The notes below the pieces were generated by a model. The model was not told the origin of the DNA and did no database searches. It saw nothing but the letters and a program-made list of their open reading frames with translations. 64,000 nt of DNA from the NCBI GenBank assembly GCA_050084515.1, contig CM114271.1:44330001-44394000 (forward strand). The letters are read 5' to 3'. Source of the stretch: Blasia pusilla. Its lineage: Eukaryota. The translations under genes and the position numbers were made by a program. Positions 1 through 13,086 of the stretch are shown here, piece after piece. Numbering within the stretch: the stretch's first letter is position 1; each line of letters begins with the position of its first letter.

Positions 1-1577
1 TATGGTGCAACAAGACAATTTATATTATAATATGAATTCTAAGGTAGGGGGTCAATTCCCCCCTACCTTCCCACATAAATGAAACCCTTCTTGAAAAGGA
101 GGATTCCCTAAAAATTTATAACTCTTTCCATAGTGGAAACTTGTTAACATTAGAGTGGACTAAATATGTGTGTGGATATTTACTTTCTAAGATTGGATTT
201 ACTCTACCATCCACATGCGTTTCTACTAACATTAGAGGTGCACTATCTAGCTTGTCATTCTCTCATAAAATTGAAGAGTAGGATTACAAAATTTAGACAA
301 AATTTAGAGATGTCGAAGCCTCAAGGAGATATGGTGGAGTTGCTATCAAAATATTGAAGGTTAAAGTTGCAAAACTAGAGTCAAAGTTCCAAGAATAGTT
401 GAGTTGAGCCATTTGTATCTTTTGATTTTTCACAGCGGCCTTAGTTTACAAAAATTGAAGAAGCCTTCATTTACTACATGTCCCCATTGATTCGTAATCG
501 GTAGAGAAAGAATGAGTGAATGAATTTTTGCTTTCCATCGATCCGACCCTATGCATCGCACATGCAACAAATTACTTATTGTATTTGGAAACTTATTGTA
601 ACATCACAATCGGTACCTGAATTATAAGGATTGCCATAACTAGAGGGCTATTTTGAACCTCCCTAGTAGATTTTAAAAAATTAGAGAAAATGTGACAAAA
701 GATGGGCATATAATTTAAATTGTCCACTCCTTCATCCTTTATGGCATCTAGCCGTGGAGATAAAATTTAACCTTCTCACAACGCAACTCTTTGTGGTAAA
801 GCTTGCATTTCTCACTGCATGGCTATCGTCGACTTATCTGTTTCCGTCCCTCCACATCTATATCATACTATTAAGCGCGTTAGCTCATTCGGAAGACAAA
901 TGAATGAAGGACATGTATCATGTTTGTCCATGAAGCCGGATCACGACCTTTTTCTTTTAATTTTACCCTATACTAAGCAGAAAACAAGAATGGGTAAGGT
1001 TTTAATAATAAGGTTATTATTAAAATAGATCAATAAAATTATTTTGAATTCAAATATCTTTCCCATGAAATCTCATTGAATCTCTTTAATTTTTCTTATT
1101 TTTTTTCATTTGAAAATTTAAAAGGATTTTTTCAAGGTTCATTCCAATAAATTCTGATAAAAATTCATTTAAAGTTAAATTTTGAGGCAAAATTTATTTA
1201 TTTTTGGGAAAACTAAAAGGATAATATGATACTAATGGGAAAAGAATTATTCTTTAAAATAATGGAAGAATTTTTTTTCCTTATTTTTTTTAATTTTCAA
1301 GTTAGATTTGGAGAAATTTGTAATCCCTCTTTTGGGAAAAAAATTCATCAAAATAATTTTTTTTCTTTTTCTTATTGAAAGATGGGGATTGGAAAAGGGA
1401 TAAATTCTTTTCCCAAAATTAATACATATAATATATGAAATTTTTTTTGAGCCAAGTTAGATATAAAAAAAAATCTATGTTTCATCTTTTTTTATCATCC
1501 TTTTTAAAATTAAACTATTTTCAATCTAATCAAGTGTCCACTAATTTCATATTATCATCTACATGTGGGTCTTTTCA

Positions 1578-1608
1578 TTCCCGATCCCGCACGGGCAAAA
1601 ACTACTAG
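1578..1608 (+). mobile_element. Helitron-type 3' terminus (GC hairpin followed by CTAG|T)
   Basis: tcccgatcccgcacgggcaaaaactaCTAGt ends a long AT-rich tract. The 5' end of the element was not located. Confidence 0.5.
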
Positions 1609-1642
1609 TTATTGTTAGCCACAAATGTCTTGACAACAAACA

Positions 1643-1767
1643 TCTCCCTATTTGACCGTCTTTGTGGGTGGCCTCCAAATACTACACATGTTGCCTCTAA
1701 TAATTGCCTACACATGTGAGGAAGAATTCTTCCCCTAAAGGAGGAGAATTCTTCCTCACCCAACTAG
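1643..1767 (+). mobile_element. Small non-autonomous Helitron-like element upstream of gene 1
   Basis: Starts a|TCtccctattt. A long stem tgaggaagaattcttcccc-taaa-ggaggagaattcttcctca sits just before a terminal CTAG. Confidence 0.4.
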
Positions 1768-2123
1768 CTGGATCCAAACTAGCATTTCATTTTCCACATG
1801 AAGTGTATGGGCGGGGTTGGTGATAGCAAATTTCAAAATTAGATTTCAATTTTTAAAAATCGGGCTGCCACGTTGGAGGACGCTGGCCGCGAGAATGGTG
1901 AATTGACGGACAAGCGGAGTCTCATGAATTATCGAAGTTGTCGTTAATGAACTGCGGTGAGACTGCGTAGGACGAAACTGCGGCCCATGACCTTTAAACT
2001 CGCTGCAGAGAGGGTGGTTGATATAAGTCCTGTTTGTGTTTCACACAGTTTCCCATCGCCTTCGCCTACGAGAGCGAAACGGAAGAGCTACCGAATCCTC
2101 TCCAGCGGGTGTTAGACGATTGC

Positions 2124-5100
2124 ATGGAATTCGTAAGCGAGGCAGGATCGGCAGTAGCGTTGATGGACACGGAAATAGGCGTTGGCCCGCGGGAGGAGGA
2201 TCAGCGAGGAGAGAAATCGGCAATTCCGCAGCATCACCCCGAGAAAATGCTGCAGAGCGGAGAGGTGGAATCGAACATTGAGACTTCGGAGGAAGCCAAG
2301 TCGGATGCGGAAAATGCTCAGAGAACAGTTTCGAGGTCTTTTAAGTTCTCTGCTTTTCCGTTAAGAGCAATGATTATTCTTGTCTCAAAACTTGCTGAAT
2401 TGATAACTCGGCTTTACTAACGTACAATTGAACCGTGCTTTGGCGTTAATTGTTCAGCTAGTTAAAGATCTCTGCCGGCTTCCGACGTGAACCAATTTCA
2501 GCCGAAAATAACTCTGCATTGGTGAGTTACTTGCAGGCTTCTACGATTGGCTTGCAAGTTTGATTCAACAGCTTCTTTAAGCTCTCTGTTGGAAAGGATG
2601 CCCGTGGATGCGTTGGACGATGAACATGACGGGCAGACAGTTCTGCACTACGCTGCAGAGGAACACTCAGTTCGATGCATCGAATTACTGTTGAAACGGC
2701 GTGCAAAGACTGATGTGAAGTCTAAGGAAGGCCTTGTTGCATTAGAAAGTGCTTTGCGAAGCGAGAGGTATACTCTTGTGACAGTTTCTCGTGAGACTCG
2801 AGTGACATCATCATGTATTAAAGCCTCGTGAGAACGTCCTGCACGTAGATTTAAGAATCTCTGCATCTGTAGATGCGAAATGGAAAGAATAGGCGTTCGA
2901 ACCTCAACAAGCCGAGACATTCTTCCCTTCCGTGGACCTCTGAGATAATACTGAAAAGTTCTTGATTAGCAGACTGCAGATACTAAGCTGGTCTCCTGCT
3001 GACAAAATCACTGAGCTGCTTACCTTAACCAGTGATAAGGTATCCGAAAAACGATCCTATCTTTGAGATCAAGTAAATTTCAATTTGATCTCCACCAAGA
3101 AACTCAAATTGCGCTATTTTTGTTGATTTTCTGTGCTCAAGCTTCATTGCATGAGAATGCAGTTAACTAGTATTCGTTACCCGTGTAATTGTCAGCATGC
3201 CTATAAGCATATAGATTTATGTTCCATCTGTCTAGTGATGACTAGAAACTAACCTTGATATTCAGTTTTGTGCAAACCTCAGTCCATTCTAAAGCTTTTT
3301 CCCACTGATTCTCAATAACCAGGACCTTACAGCGATACAGATCTTAGCTGGTCATACACCAGACGTGCTCGAGATTGCATCTCGATTGATTGTGCATGGC
3401 AACATAGTTGCCTTTGCAGCGCTTCTCGCTGTGACAGGGAACACACTAACCAGCATCCCTGTGCATAGTACCGAGGAGCATGGTGATGGTACACTCTTCG
3501 ATGTTATTGTGAAAAGAGCAATATCATTGGGAGAGGAAGTTCAAGACGGCGAACTGAAGAATGGCGGTTGCTCTGATTTGAAACATATGCTTCGCCAGAT
3601 GCTTTTGAGAGAGCTTGAGCTACTTCTTCGTTGGCACTTAGATAATGGTCAGATTAGTGATAGTAGACATCGTACTCCGCCGACTACGGCTGTCCCCTCC
3701 CCTTTATTACGCGCAGTGCAGGTCCCACAATTCCTCATCAACCTTAAAACATCCGTCTGAAATGCATCCATTGCGCTTTCTTTGGCGAATCTTTCCCTCT
3801 GTAGAGATCATTGAGCTTGGAGGAGGTGAACATGTCGCAAAGAATATTTCCTGATAGGGGTGAATTTCACGTAATAGGTATCAGGATAAGATCCCGAGAG
3901 GGTTTGTGGTTACAAATCTAATTATGGCTCACAACTTCAATGCGCGTTCTATGCAGGCTGGTGATGTAGCTGTGGCGAGTATAATGCTTGATTACAACGC
4001 AGGTGTAAACGATACTGACGGGGATGGTAACACTGCCTTGCACTGGTGTTTGCGGGCTATGTCCAACACCAGAGACATAAGGTCTAAGAGCTCATTTTGA
4101 AAGTCATGACGCCATCGTCAAAGATGTGGAATTATTCAATCTATATTGTTCCAATCTTTGCTGTTTCGTTGGCTATCAAAATTTTCAGAGAACAGTGGCT
4201 GACAAATAACTTTTATAATCAGGCTAGTTTCGAAGTTTGTCAGGAGTGGTGCATCCATAACAGCGGGCAATAGATTAGGATTAACGCCTGTTCACATAGC
4301 AGCCGGCCAAGGCCACCTACAGGCTTTACAGGTGCGTTGCTGATATTCACATTGTTGCTTCATCGAGTCTCCGCGTTTTACTGCTATTGTTGGGACCAGT
4401 ACTTTGTTACAGTATGTCATGATCTTCATTTTTGTAGATTCTACTGGCGGTGGAACCATCTTCGGTGCATGTACATGCAGAAACACGAGAAACTCCTCTC
4501 TTTTCTGCAGTGAAAGGGAATCATTACGATTGTGTCAGGCTCCTTCTCCAGCATGGAGCAAGTCGTCAAGTTTTGAACCTAAGGTTGATTCTTAAAGCTT
4601 TCAACTATGCGAACTTTGTAGTACGGTTTACCCATGCCGTCCGCTCTAAATGTTGTGTTGCAGTGTTCACGCCGGATCGCTGACTTATCTTCCAGAACTT
4701 ATGCATCCAGGGAGTCGTTAACGCTTGGAAAAAGTGTCGTCGACAGAAGTGTCCATGAAGAAAATTATAGATTACCGAATGCGTGTCGTGGTTAGGTCTG
4801 GGTTTAATACCCTACTGAAATGTCGCTGACCATGAGCTCTGGTTACTACAGAAAACAGAGGCCGATTGATGTAGCCGATACATCGGATATGAGAGCTCTC
4901 CTATCGCTCCAAGAATCATCAGGTGGAAATTGGCAAATGATATCTCGTCCGCATTCTCTCCTCAAGCGTAGACAAGCACGCCTCCGAGTATAGGCGTCCA
5001 AGAGCCAATGCAGGTTTTATTGGCAATTTTACCAACATAATTTGATACTAAGCTTTGAACTGTGCAACAGGGAAGGTGAAAAACTTGAGCCTAACCAGGT

Positions 5101-8100
5101 CCTCGGGCATGTTTAGCTCCGAAAGTGATGATGTTTCCTACGATATTGAGCATTTGAAGATTAAAAGTGGAAATTATCAGCCTCTTGATCCTACAGATGA
5201 AAGGTTTGCAACATCACGTTATCTGGATACTAAGTATCGATGCTTTTTTATAAATTGAAAAAGGGCAGGAATACCAAACAACTACCTAAATGATCTTGAA
5301 TCAATTTTAAACTTTAGCGTAAATGCCGAACTGTTCTTTCAGACTTGACAGTCATCATTTATCATCATGACACTCCGGAGCCCGTCAATTTCCCGTGTTC
5401 TTGTTGTTTGTTTGTATCTCTCTTTGGATTAGCCACATTACTGCAGATATTAAATTATTTCACAATAACTGTCTTGTTTGCCCTCCTGGTAGTCTGAAGT
5501 CGCTTGTACCAGCCAAGACAGAAATATGCCGCTACTTTGGAATGCCTGGAGGTTGTGTCCGTGGTGAGAAGTGCTTCTATGCCCATGGAGAAGAAGATAT
5601 CCATGGGAGACCAAGAATCACATCGGGGGATACAAAGCAGGGGCACGGCCTTTCCACCATTGTCGCAACTCCTGCTAGACTGGTGAAAGTTCGTTAAGCC
5701 ACTATGAGATTGCTCATGTTTGTGCATGCGGCTTGAGATCATTTTGGAAGCTATTTCGGAAATAACGCTACATATGATTGTTAATTGTGTGAGTGGTGTC
5801 AGACGTTTCGCTCCTGCAGACACCTGTTGGTCAGATGATAGTCGCCATTTGTCTTTGTGGGAGTAGAGTTCATTATAGACATTTTCTTAACGCGGCGTTG
5901 ATGCTTGAATTGTTGCATGACAGCGTGCCTCAGAAGATTTGAGCAGGAAAATATTTGTTGGAGGTCTCTCACCGTCAGTAGAATCTGGTAAGAGGTAGCT
6001 ACGATTCTAATGTATTCGCATGTTCGTTTCGCTCTCCTCAAAGGAAGGAGCCTTGTTGACAATGATATGCTTGATCTGCTAACAACTGAGCGATGACAGA
6101 TGACCTGCGGGAGTTTTTCGAAGACAACTTTGGTCCCGTAATGGATGCAATTGTCATAGGCAGTCACTCAGGTGATCAAGTCCAGTCTCGTGGTTTTGGG
6201 TTCGTGACCTTCAAGCATGAGGACTCGGTTATAGCTGCAGTTCAGGCGCATTACGTCAACATATTTGGAAAGAAGGTGAGAACGCCATACCGAATATGTG
6301 AAGTGTTTTGGAAAATCAGAGCCTATCCGGGTCTTCAAATCCTCTAAAATTGAATTAGTGTTACTCTTTTTCTGTTGCCATTCATGCTTTCTGTTGTTTT
6401 ACCTATACAGAAGTTTCTTAATACGTGGATCCCTCACTGACTTGGACCATCAAGGTAATTATTTTCTGTTTATCAAATGCTCACACGAATCGCTTCTTAT
6501 CTGTCCATCAGGTAGAGATTAAAGGCGCGGTTCCCCGCTCCGGCCTTTCTACACTTGAAAGTACCAAAGTAAGTTTTGGATTTTCAAGACTTTCCGGAGG
6601 GTCCTCTGAACTTCTTGAGGGTGCCACGTCTCAAATGATCGATCTCTCATCTCTTGAGCTTCTATGTCAAGCAAAAACTGATGTGCAAGCACAATGGATC
6701 CAGTTCATGGGATATCAAGGAGAAGGGGGCGCTTTACCATTTAAACTTTCGTTGAGTGAAGATCAGTTCGCTCCAAAATCTGCTCCTTCCTCAGCATCAT
6801 CAAGTTCACCGAGCACAAGCTCTTCAAGCGCAACTTGGGTCGTGAAGTTCAAACAATGGCTTCCTAAATTTTTGGCTGAAGTTTCCAACCGTCTAAAGGA
6901 AGGAGAATGGTATCCTTTGTCTTCCCTCAAAGGAGATTTTCGAGCGACTTGCGGGCTAGAGCTTGATCACGCAGGCATTGGCTATCACAAACTAAGTGAT
7001 TTTGTTCGCTCCCTGCCTGAGTTATGCAGAATGAAGATTGTACCTGTGGGTAGGGGACCTGCTACTCACATGGTGTTACTCCCGCCATTGGCACGATTGA
7101 CACCAGTTGCTACCACTCTGCAACATAAAGCAGCCAAAGCAAGCGGATCGATCGCAGACAGATCTTTGGTAGATGTCGGCCGCTCTTATGCCGCCGCAGC
7201 CTGTCACGGGTATGCAAACAGTTTGACCAGAAATCTGGAGACCTCTGGTTACCCCACCAGTCTGGTCTCTCAGCCTAGACTTCCTCGACAGCCACCGTCT
7301 CAGTTTGAGTACGGCGAATGCCCCAATCCAAGATACGCGGATGAAATTATTCTTCCAGATAACCTACTTCCCCTCGATCAAATAAATCCTAGTGACAGTA
7401 CCATTGGACATGCTTCCATTCTACCCAGCCAGTATTTGGCACCCAACTCACCCATGCAGGACGTTGACGCTACCTACTTAAAGGAGCTGATTGCTCTTTT
7501 GGATAATACGGAAGGACAGGAGATCGACAATCGACCGGTTCGCTATGATGACTATCCAAGAGAAAGCACAAACTCGTATAGCTCGAACATGACTCAGGCT
7601 ACCTCAGTGGATGACTCAGAGCCACATACGTACCAGGCGCGTAGCGGCACTTCACAGATGCCAATCGAAACGCAAGAAGAGCCGAAGACCCCAGTCAATC
7701 AAGTCAATCTGAAGCCGTTTTCAACCTTCAATCATCCATTTACTGGTTTTCTCCCACTTGAAAGCGGGTCATCTGTTTACAACATGTGGGGAGAAAATCG
7801 AACCAACAACCAGGCCACCATGGAGAGCAGCGTCCAGCAATCTCTCCAGGGGAAGAACTTACGCCAACCGTGGCTGTGGGATGTAAGTCTATGCAGTTAT
7901 GCATCTAAAACGTTTAAGCTTTTATTGTGCAACCAACCTTCAAATTGTTTCTCCGACTGGGTTTTTCGGTGTATGCAAGTTATTTGCGTTTTAGAATGAA
8001 TCCGATCTCCTCCGTCGGCTACATGCTATTTTGTTTTTCTGTGACGCTCAGCTGTCGTACATCCGATTTCAGTCCAAGGTTGACATTGGAATTCGTCCAC

Positions 8101-8417
8101 CTTCTTCTCGCTTTGTTGTTATGCAGGATTCACCACAGAGCATATTATATCCCTACGGACGTGGCTACCCGCAGTTAGCACCAGGGGAGAGACCCATGAC
8201 CTTATTCTCACCGGCAACGAGCAGTCCCGTGGAAGAACAATTTCTTGGAGCAGTTTGTGTGTTTTGTCGCGACCGAGCATCAATGTGGGTTGCGGTTCCA
8301 TGCAATCACTACTCAATGTGTGCTGTTTGCAAAGAAGCCTTACATAGGCTAAAACGCAGCACATCCACTTGTCCTGTATGTGAGTGTCCCGTGGAAAGGT
8401 GGATAGCTCTTCACTAG
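2124..8417 (+). CDS. Multidomain ankyrin repeat / CCCH zinc finger / RRM / LOTUS (OST-HTH) / RING-HC protein, ~1204 aa, 14 exons
   Basis: Phase-consistent GT-AG model: 2124-2335, 2537-2767, 2973-3039, 3323-3721, 3957-4081, 4223-4331, 4438-4583, 4852-4922, 5071-5233, 5493-5682 (alternative donor 5688), 5924-5987, 6100-6275, 6512-7882, 8127-8417 (3615 nt). Ankyrin motifs GQTVLHYAA, GNTALHW, GLTPVHIAA, ETPLFSAV. CCCH C-x8-C-x5-C-x3-H (KTEICRYFGMPGGCVRGEKCFYAH). RRM RNP2 KIFVGGL and RNP1 RGFGFVTF. LOTUS-like YPLSSLKGDFRATCGLELDHAGIGYHKLSDFVRSLP. C-terminal C-x2-C-x11-C-x-H-x3-C-x2-C-x13-C-x2-C RING. Confidence 0.9.
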
Positions 8418-9683
8418 AAGAGCACACATTCTCGTTCATTTCGTGTTTTCAACCAACTTCAGGCAACATTTCAATATCACGTAGATCAGTGACTGCAAGA
8501 ATATCAGCGTGCTTTAAATTGCATGTTTGTTGGTCAGCGTCACAGCTCCAGCTTTCACGTTGCGATGTTTCCTGGTGCGTTCCGCTCTGGCATAATCCGA
8601 CCTCTGGCGAGGCGTGGTGTCTTCGCGTAGGCGTTCGCCCTTGGAAGGACGGCGCTTATCAGAGATTGCTTCTTCATTTGTCACACTCCGTATGTCGCGG
8701 AAGACACGACTCAACGTAGAACCTACTCACAGGTTTTAGTAGTATTTCATCAGAGTTCGCACTCAGATGTACCGATGCTTTTAAATAAGTGCACCCGCAT
8801 ATTGTAGTATCTCGCTAAAGAATACAGATCTTAATTTCTACCAAGTATGATTTAGTTGTTTCGGCCACTTTTCTTAGATTGCGTTTTCTCAAATCGGGAT
8901 TTTAGCCACTGTACGCTATATTTCAAATATTTCCACCAAATGCATCTCTATCTCCGTGCTGTGTCCCTGAAATGCTCTGGGAATACAGGTTGGACTTGCA
9001 TCCATAAATTGGCATGACCATGTTTCCTATTGAACGTGCCTTTTGATGGGGCCTCAGCCGTTATTTTTGGGACAGCCGATTGCTTTCAAAGAATCACTCA
9101 ATCCACCTTAGTAACATCTTTTCTGGAAGTTGATGGTGGACGGTTGCCTCTATATTGATTCCGACGTGTATGAGAACACCGGTCTCACCATACTGCAGTT
9201 GGATTTAACGGATTTCAATACAAAATTGAGAATTCAACTACTTTTTCTCCAACCCACTACGCCAAAAGGTGGCTATTCTGTTCGTCCATCTTTCTCGATG
9301 GGCGCTCATTTTATTTGGTTTGAAGTCTATACAATGTTGGCCAGGGAAGAAATATGCCCCGGCTTGGCAAAAATACCATGCTTGCAAAGTTTTGTAAGCC
9401 TCTCCAGCAAATCTATATTCTAATTGGAGTTCTAATCGGAGGATGCAGGCTGCTCCTCTGTTTCACACGTGGCAGTAATATTTGTCAAAAATATTTTGGT
9501 GACTTAAGTGGAATTCATACGAAAAGAAATTGATACATAATAAATATTTAAATAGGGATCGGTGCAATACACGGGCCCTAACTAATACTACTAAATTTCT
9601 AGGATTTGCCTAATCTTTCGAAAGTTGAAAATGAGACTTCTCACACTCACATTCTTTAATAATCTCAATTAATTTCTTCATCA

Positions 9684-10465
9684 TCTATATAATTAATAGA
9701 GAATGAGGTTAGAAGAAACTCTTTGTCATGTGTTCTCTTATGGTGTCTACACATGTAATTTTGAGCCAGAGAGTTCAATTAAGAAGAGATGATTAAATTA
9801 AATGAAGGGAAAGGAGAGGTTTTTAAAAAATTGAAGATCACTCTAGTGTCTATTTAAGGCATCCTCCACATGCTCAAAATTTTCTTGGGTGTTTTCCTCT
9901 ACTTCATTATGAAGTCTAGATTTATTACACCTTATAATGTGTAAACTAGTGTTTCTTGTAGCTTCCATAATTAATTTTCACAATTCTTAAGTGCCAATTT
10001 TATTTGATTTCAAATTGCTACATGGGTTCAAGAAGGGAATGATATCATGAGTTGAAAATGTCAAGTGACGAAAGGAAAGGAGTTTGCAAAATAAAAGGGC
10101 ACTTCTCAAATAATTGTATAGAATATAATTGGAAATCTTATGTAAGAAAAAATAATGATAAATTAATAAGATTTATACTTTGTCTTTTTATATAGTAAGA
10201 TAATAAGACAAAATATCAAAAAACTTCTTATCATGTTCCGTAATTCACGTTTGATATTTTGGGAAAGGAAAATGAATGGAAGAGGGAAATTCTTTGATTA
10301 ATAGAAGTTAACTTCTAATCTAATTAATGTGAATTACTTTAGTGGGAGGAGGATGAATAAGTATTATTTAATGTTTTATGGAAAAACAGAATTTCTTAGG
10401 AGAGTGGGCTATTATTATTATGTGGACTCCATTGCCCGTATCCCACGCATAGGCCTACCTTTCCT
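9684..10465 (+). mobile_element. Degenerate non-autonomous Helitron-like element
   Basis: Starts a|TCtatataatt, like the mini-Helitrons at 38064 and 39355. AT-rich body; decayed terminal hairpin tgcccgtatcccacgcataggc. Confidence 0.3.
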
Positions 10466-10499
10466 ACACTTGATTCTGCACCGTATCCATCCCTTTGCA

Positions 10500-12550
10500 T
10501 GCATCCCTCATGTGATCTTGGCTAACGTTTGGAGGGGTGCGGGGAGCCTACACTATGCTTGCACAAGCCCCACATGAGGGGCTACTTTTTTTTAAATTAC
10601 TTGAAGCAAAATTTGGCCCATGTTCGGCCCACGTAGGAGGGATGCAAGTCGGGTGTAGATGGGTTACAGGCAAGAGTTGCAAGCCGGACGCAGACCATGC
10701 AGGGCACGGGTGCCAAATGGATGCGGGATGACATGTTCGAACTTTTATGGGCAAGTCCATCCCATGGACAGACAAGTCCATTTCTTTGCAACCTTGCCCA
10801 CAAAAATAGAAACCACCATATATGAAGTCTTTATTTGAGAACAGAAGCATTACAAATCTGAAGAGGAGATGAAAAAGAGAATATAGGATCCAATACTACT
10901 TTACCATATACACTAAGGCCCTTCATATACTACGAAGACATGTTCATTTTTCCATCACTTACTCAAGGCCCTTGCAATTGCAAATGCGAAATTATAAGGA
11001 CCCCTTCCATAGTAATCCAAAACCCTGTTGACCAAGGTTTGTACGTGGACAAAGTTTGTATTCACTGACATGTCTGTCCCAAGGACGCATATATCTACGC
11101 AGGCTCGGGTGCCCATGGCCCGCCCCCATCCACAAAGTACACTCGGGCTTGGCCAATACGTACCCTGACCAAGCAACTTGCACTTGCAACCCCTTTTTGC
11201 AAGGCTACACCAAAACGGACAAGCTCGCCCATGTTTGTGGCATGCCTAATCGGTCTCCAACCTAGATTTTATCGACGCCTAGATCGCATGCACAGGTTCC
11301 ATTAGTGGAAATAGGTGCAGATTGGGATGAAGGGCGTAGGCCAAGGTGCGAGCTACAAGAAAGCAACGGGCGCGATGCGGATGAGCAGCGGATCTGACGC
11401 GGGTGCCCTCGCGGGTTGAGTGGTGTGTCTTCTGTGGGCCTAGTGCGTGGGCATAGATCGGGTTGGTGGGTTGTCAAACAGGCCTACTCCGGGCAGCGCG
11501 GGCTGACACGCAAGTCTTATGGGCAAGCAGGCGGGCCTGGCATGGGCTCGCTACGGGCAAGCAAGCCCTAAGCCTGCGCATGGGCTGGCGTCTGGGCCTA
11601 GCTAGCATACAACCTCATCTGGGTATGGCGGGCAGGCTTGGTGCGGGTTTGTGGGCCTTGAGCTTGCATGCGGGCAAGCCCGCTAGGCCTTCAGCCCCCA
11701 TGTGGGCCTTGTGGAAAAATGCTAAAGAAGCATAATTGGTGGGAAATGGCTCTCACACTCACACACCACCATGGAGAACGAAATTTGCAATGAGAGAATG
11801 AGTGGAGGCTAGTCCCCTTCTCAATTATAGAGGGTATGTACAAGCAACCCTAACCCTAATCTTAACCATAGTCTCGAGTTAGACTAACTGTGATTAACTA
11901 ACCCTAGTTAAGATAATCGCGCTTAACGGACTAACCAAGATTAAGCTTCCCTACTTCGTATGAGTACCAACTATAGCATTTCAGGTGTCTCATGAGCTTG
12001 ACTGTAACTCAATCTTCAATAGGCCTGGCGAGCTTGGCGAGTGCTGGCGCTCACGCCTAGCGTGGGCCTTGAGGGTTAACAGACAGGATTGCACACACAC
12101 AAAGTCTATGTCCGTCCTAGGACAAACATGTCCGTGCGTGCCAGGTACTCGCGGCCGCACACCAGCCTACCCCCGGAGCCCGTCAAGCCCATAGTGGGCA
12201 CCCAGGCTGGCCGAGCCTGCATCGGCTTTGTGGCCGACGGCCAAGCCTGCACATGGCGGGCTAGGCTCCCATTGGGCGAGCTTGGCCACCGGCCACAAAA
12301 TTGTGCAGGCTCGGAGGGCTTCGAGGGCAGATCGGATGCGAGTTGCGGATACTCGAGCGGTATGTTCGTCCCATGGATGGACTTGTCAATTTCTCTGCAA
12401 CCTTGCTAGCACGTGAGCGTGAGTTGGTGCACGGGCTGGGTGCGGGCCTAGGTTGGAAACACACGGGTTGCTTACGAGCTAAGGATGAAGCATTCAGTCT
12501 TGGTGCGGGCTGTGCGGGTTGAGGATGGGGGAAGCACGCCTCGTAGGCCT
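10500..12550. repeat. GC-rich internally repetitive transposon-derived tract (family unassigned)
   Basis: Dispersed direct repeats, e.g. cccatggacagacaagtccatttctttgcaaccttg (~10760) vs cccatggatggacttgtcaatttctctgcaaccttg (~12370). Many gcccg/cgggc motifs; no coherent protein. Confidence 0.45.
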
Positions 12551-12552
12551 GG

Positions 12553-13086
12553 GTACGGGCTTAAGTGCAGGCCTCATGAATGTTGAAGTGCGATTCGTGT
12601 ACAAGGTTGTGAGCAAATAGGGGAGGATTTTGGTTGTTATTGAAGGCACTTAAGCTAGTGGCTAGAGAAGAAAGTAGAAGATTAAAATATAGCTGAATAG
12701 GGTGGTTGTTTTAGAGAATGGCTTAGTTGTAAATGAAAGTGGTTAAAGAAGTGGGGATACTATAGGTGTCGCGACCCTCGTAACCAAACAAGCACCAAGT
12801 AGAACATCCAAACTCTGAAAGTGTACGGGCTTAAGTGCAGGCCTCATGAATGTTGAAGTGCAATTCGTGTACAAGGTTGTGAGCGGATAGGGGAGGATTT
12901 TGGTTGTTATTGAAGGCACTTAAGCTAGTGGCTAGAGAATAAAGTAGAAGATTAAAATATAGCTGAATAGGGTGGTTGTTTTAGAGAATGGCTTAGTTGT
13001 AAATGAAAGTGGTTAAAGAAGTGGGGATACTATAGGTGTCGCGACCTTCATAACCAAACGAGCACCAAGTAGAACATCCAAACTCT
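12553..13086 (+). repeat. 270-bp tandem duplication (2 copies) spanning an LTR junction
   Basis: 12553-12816 recurs almost identically at 12823-13086. Each copy ends with the first ~50 bp of the family-A LTR. Confidence 0.9.

Noticed and set aside
11846-11866. Telomere-like aaccctaaccctaa
   Set aside because: Only about two units, common in plant TE and promoter sequence; not an interstitial telomere array.
10329-12522. Numerous overlapping short ORFs
   Set aside because: They arise from GC-rich repetitive sequence on both strands and show no protein motifs.
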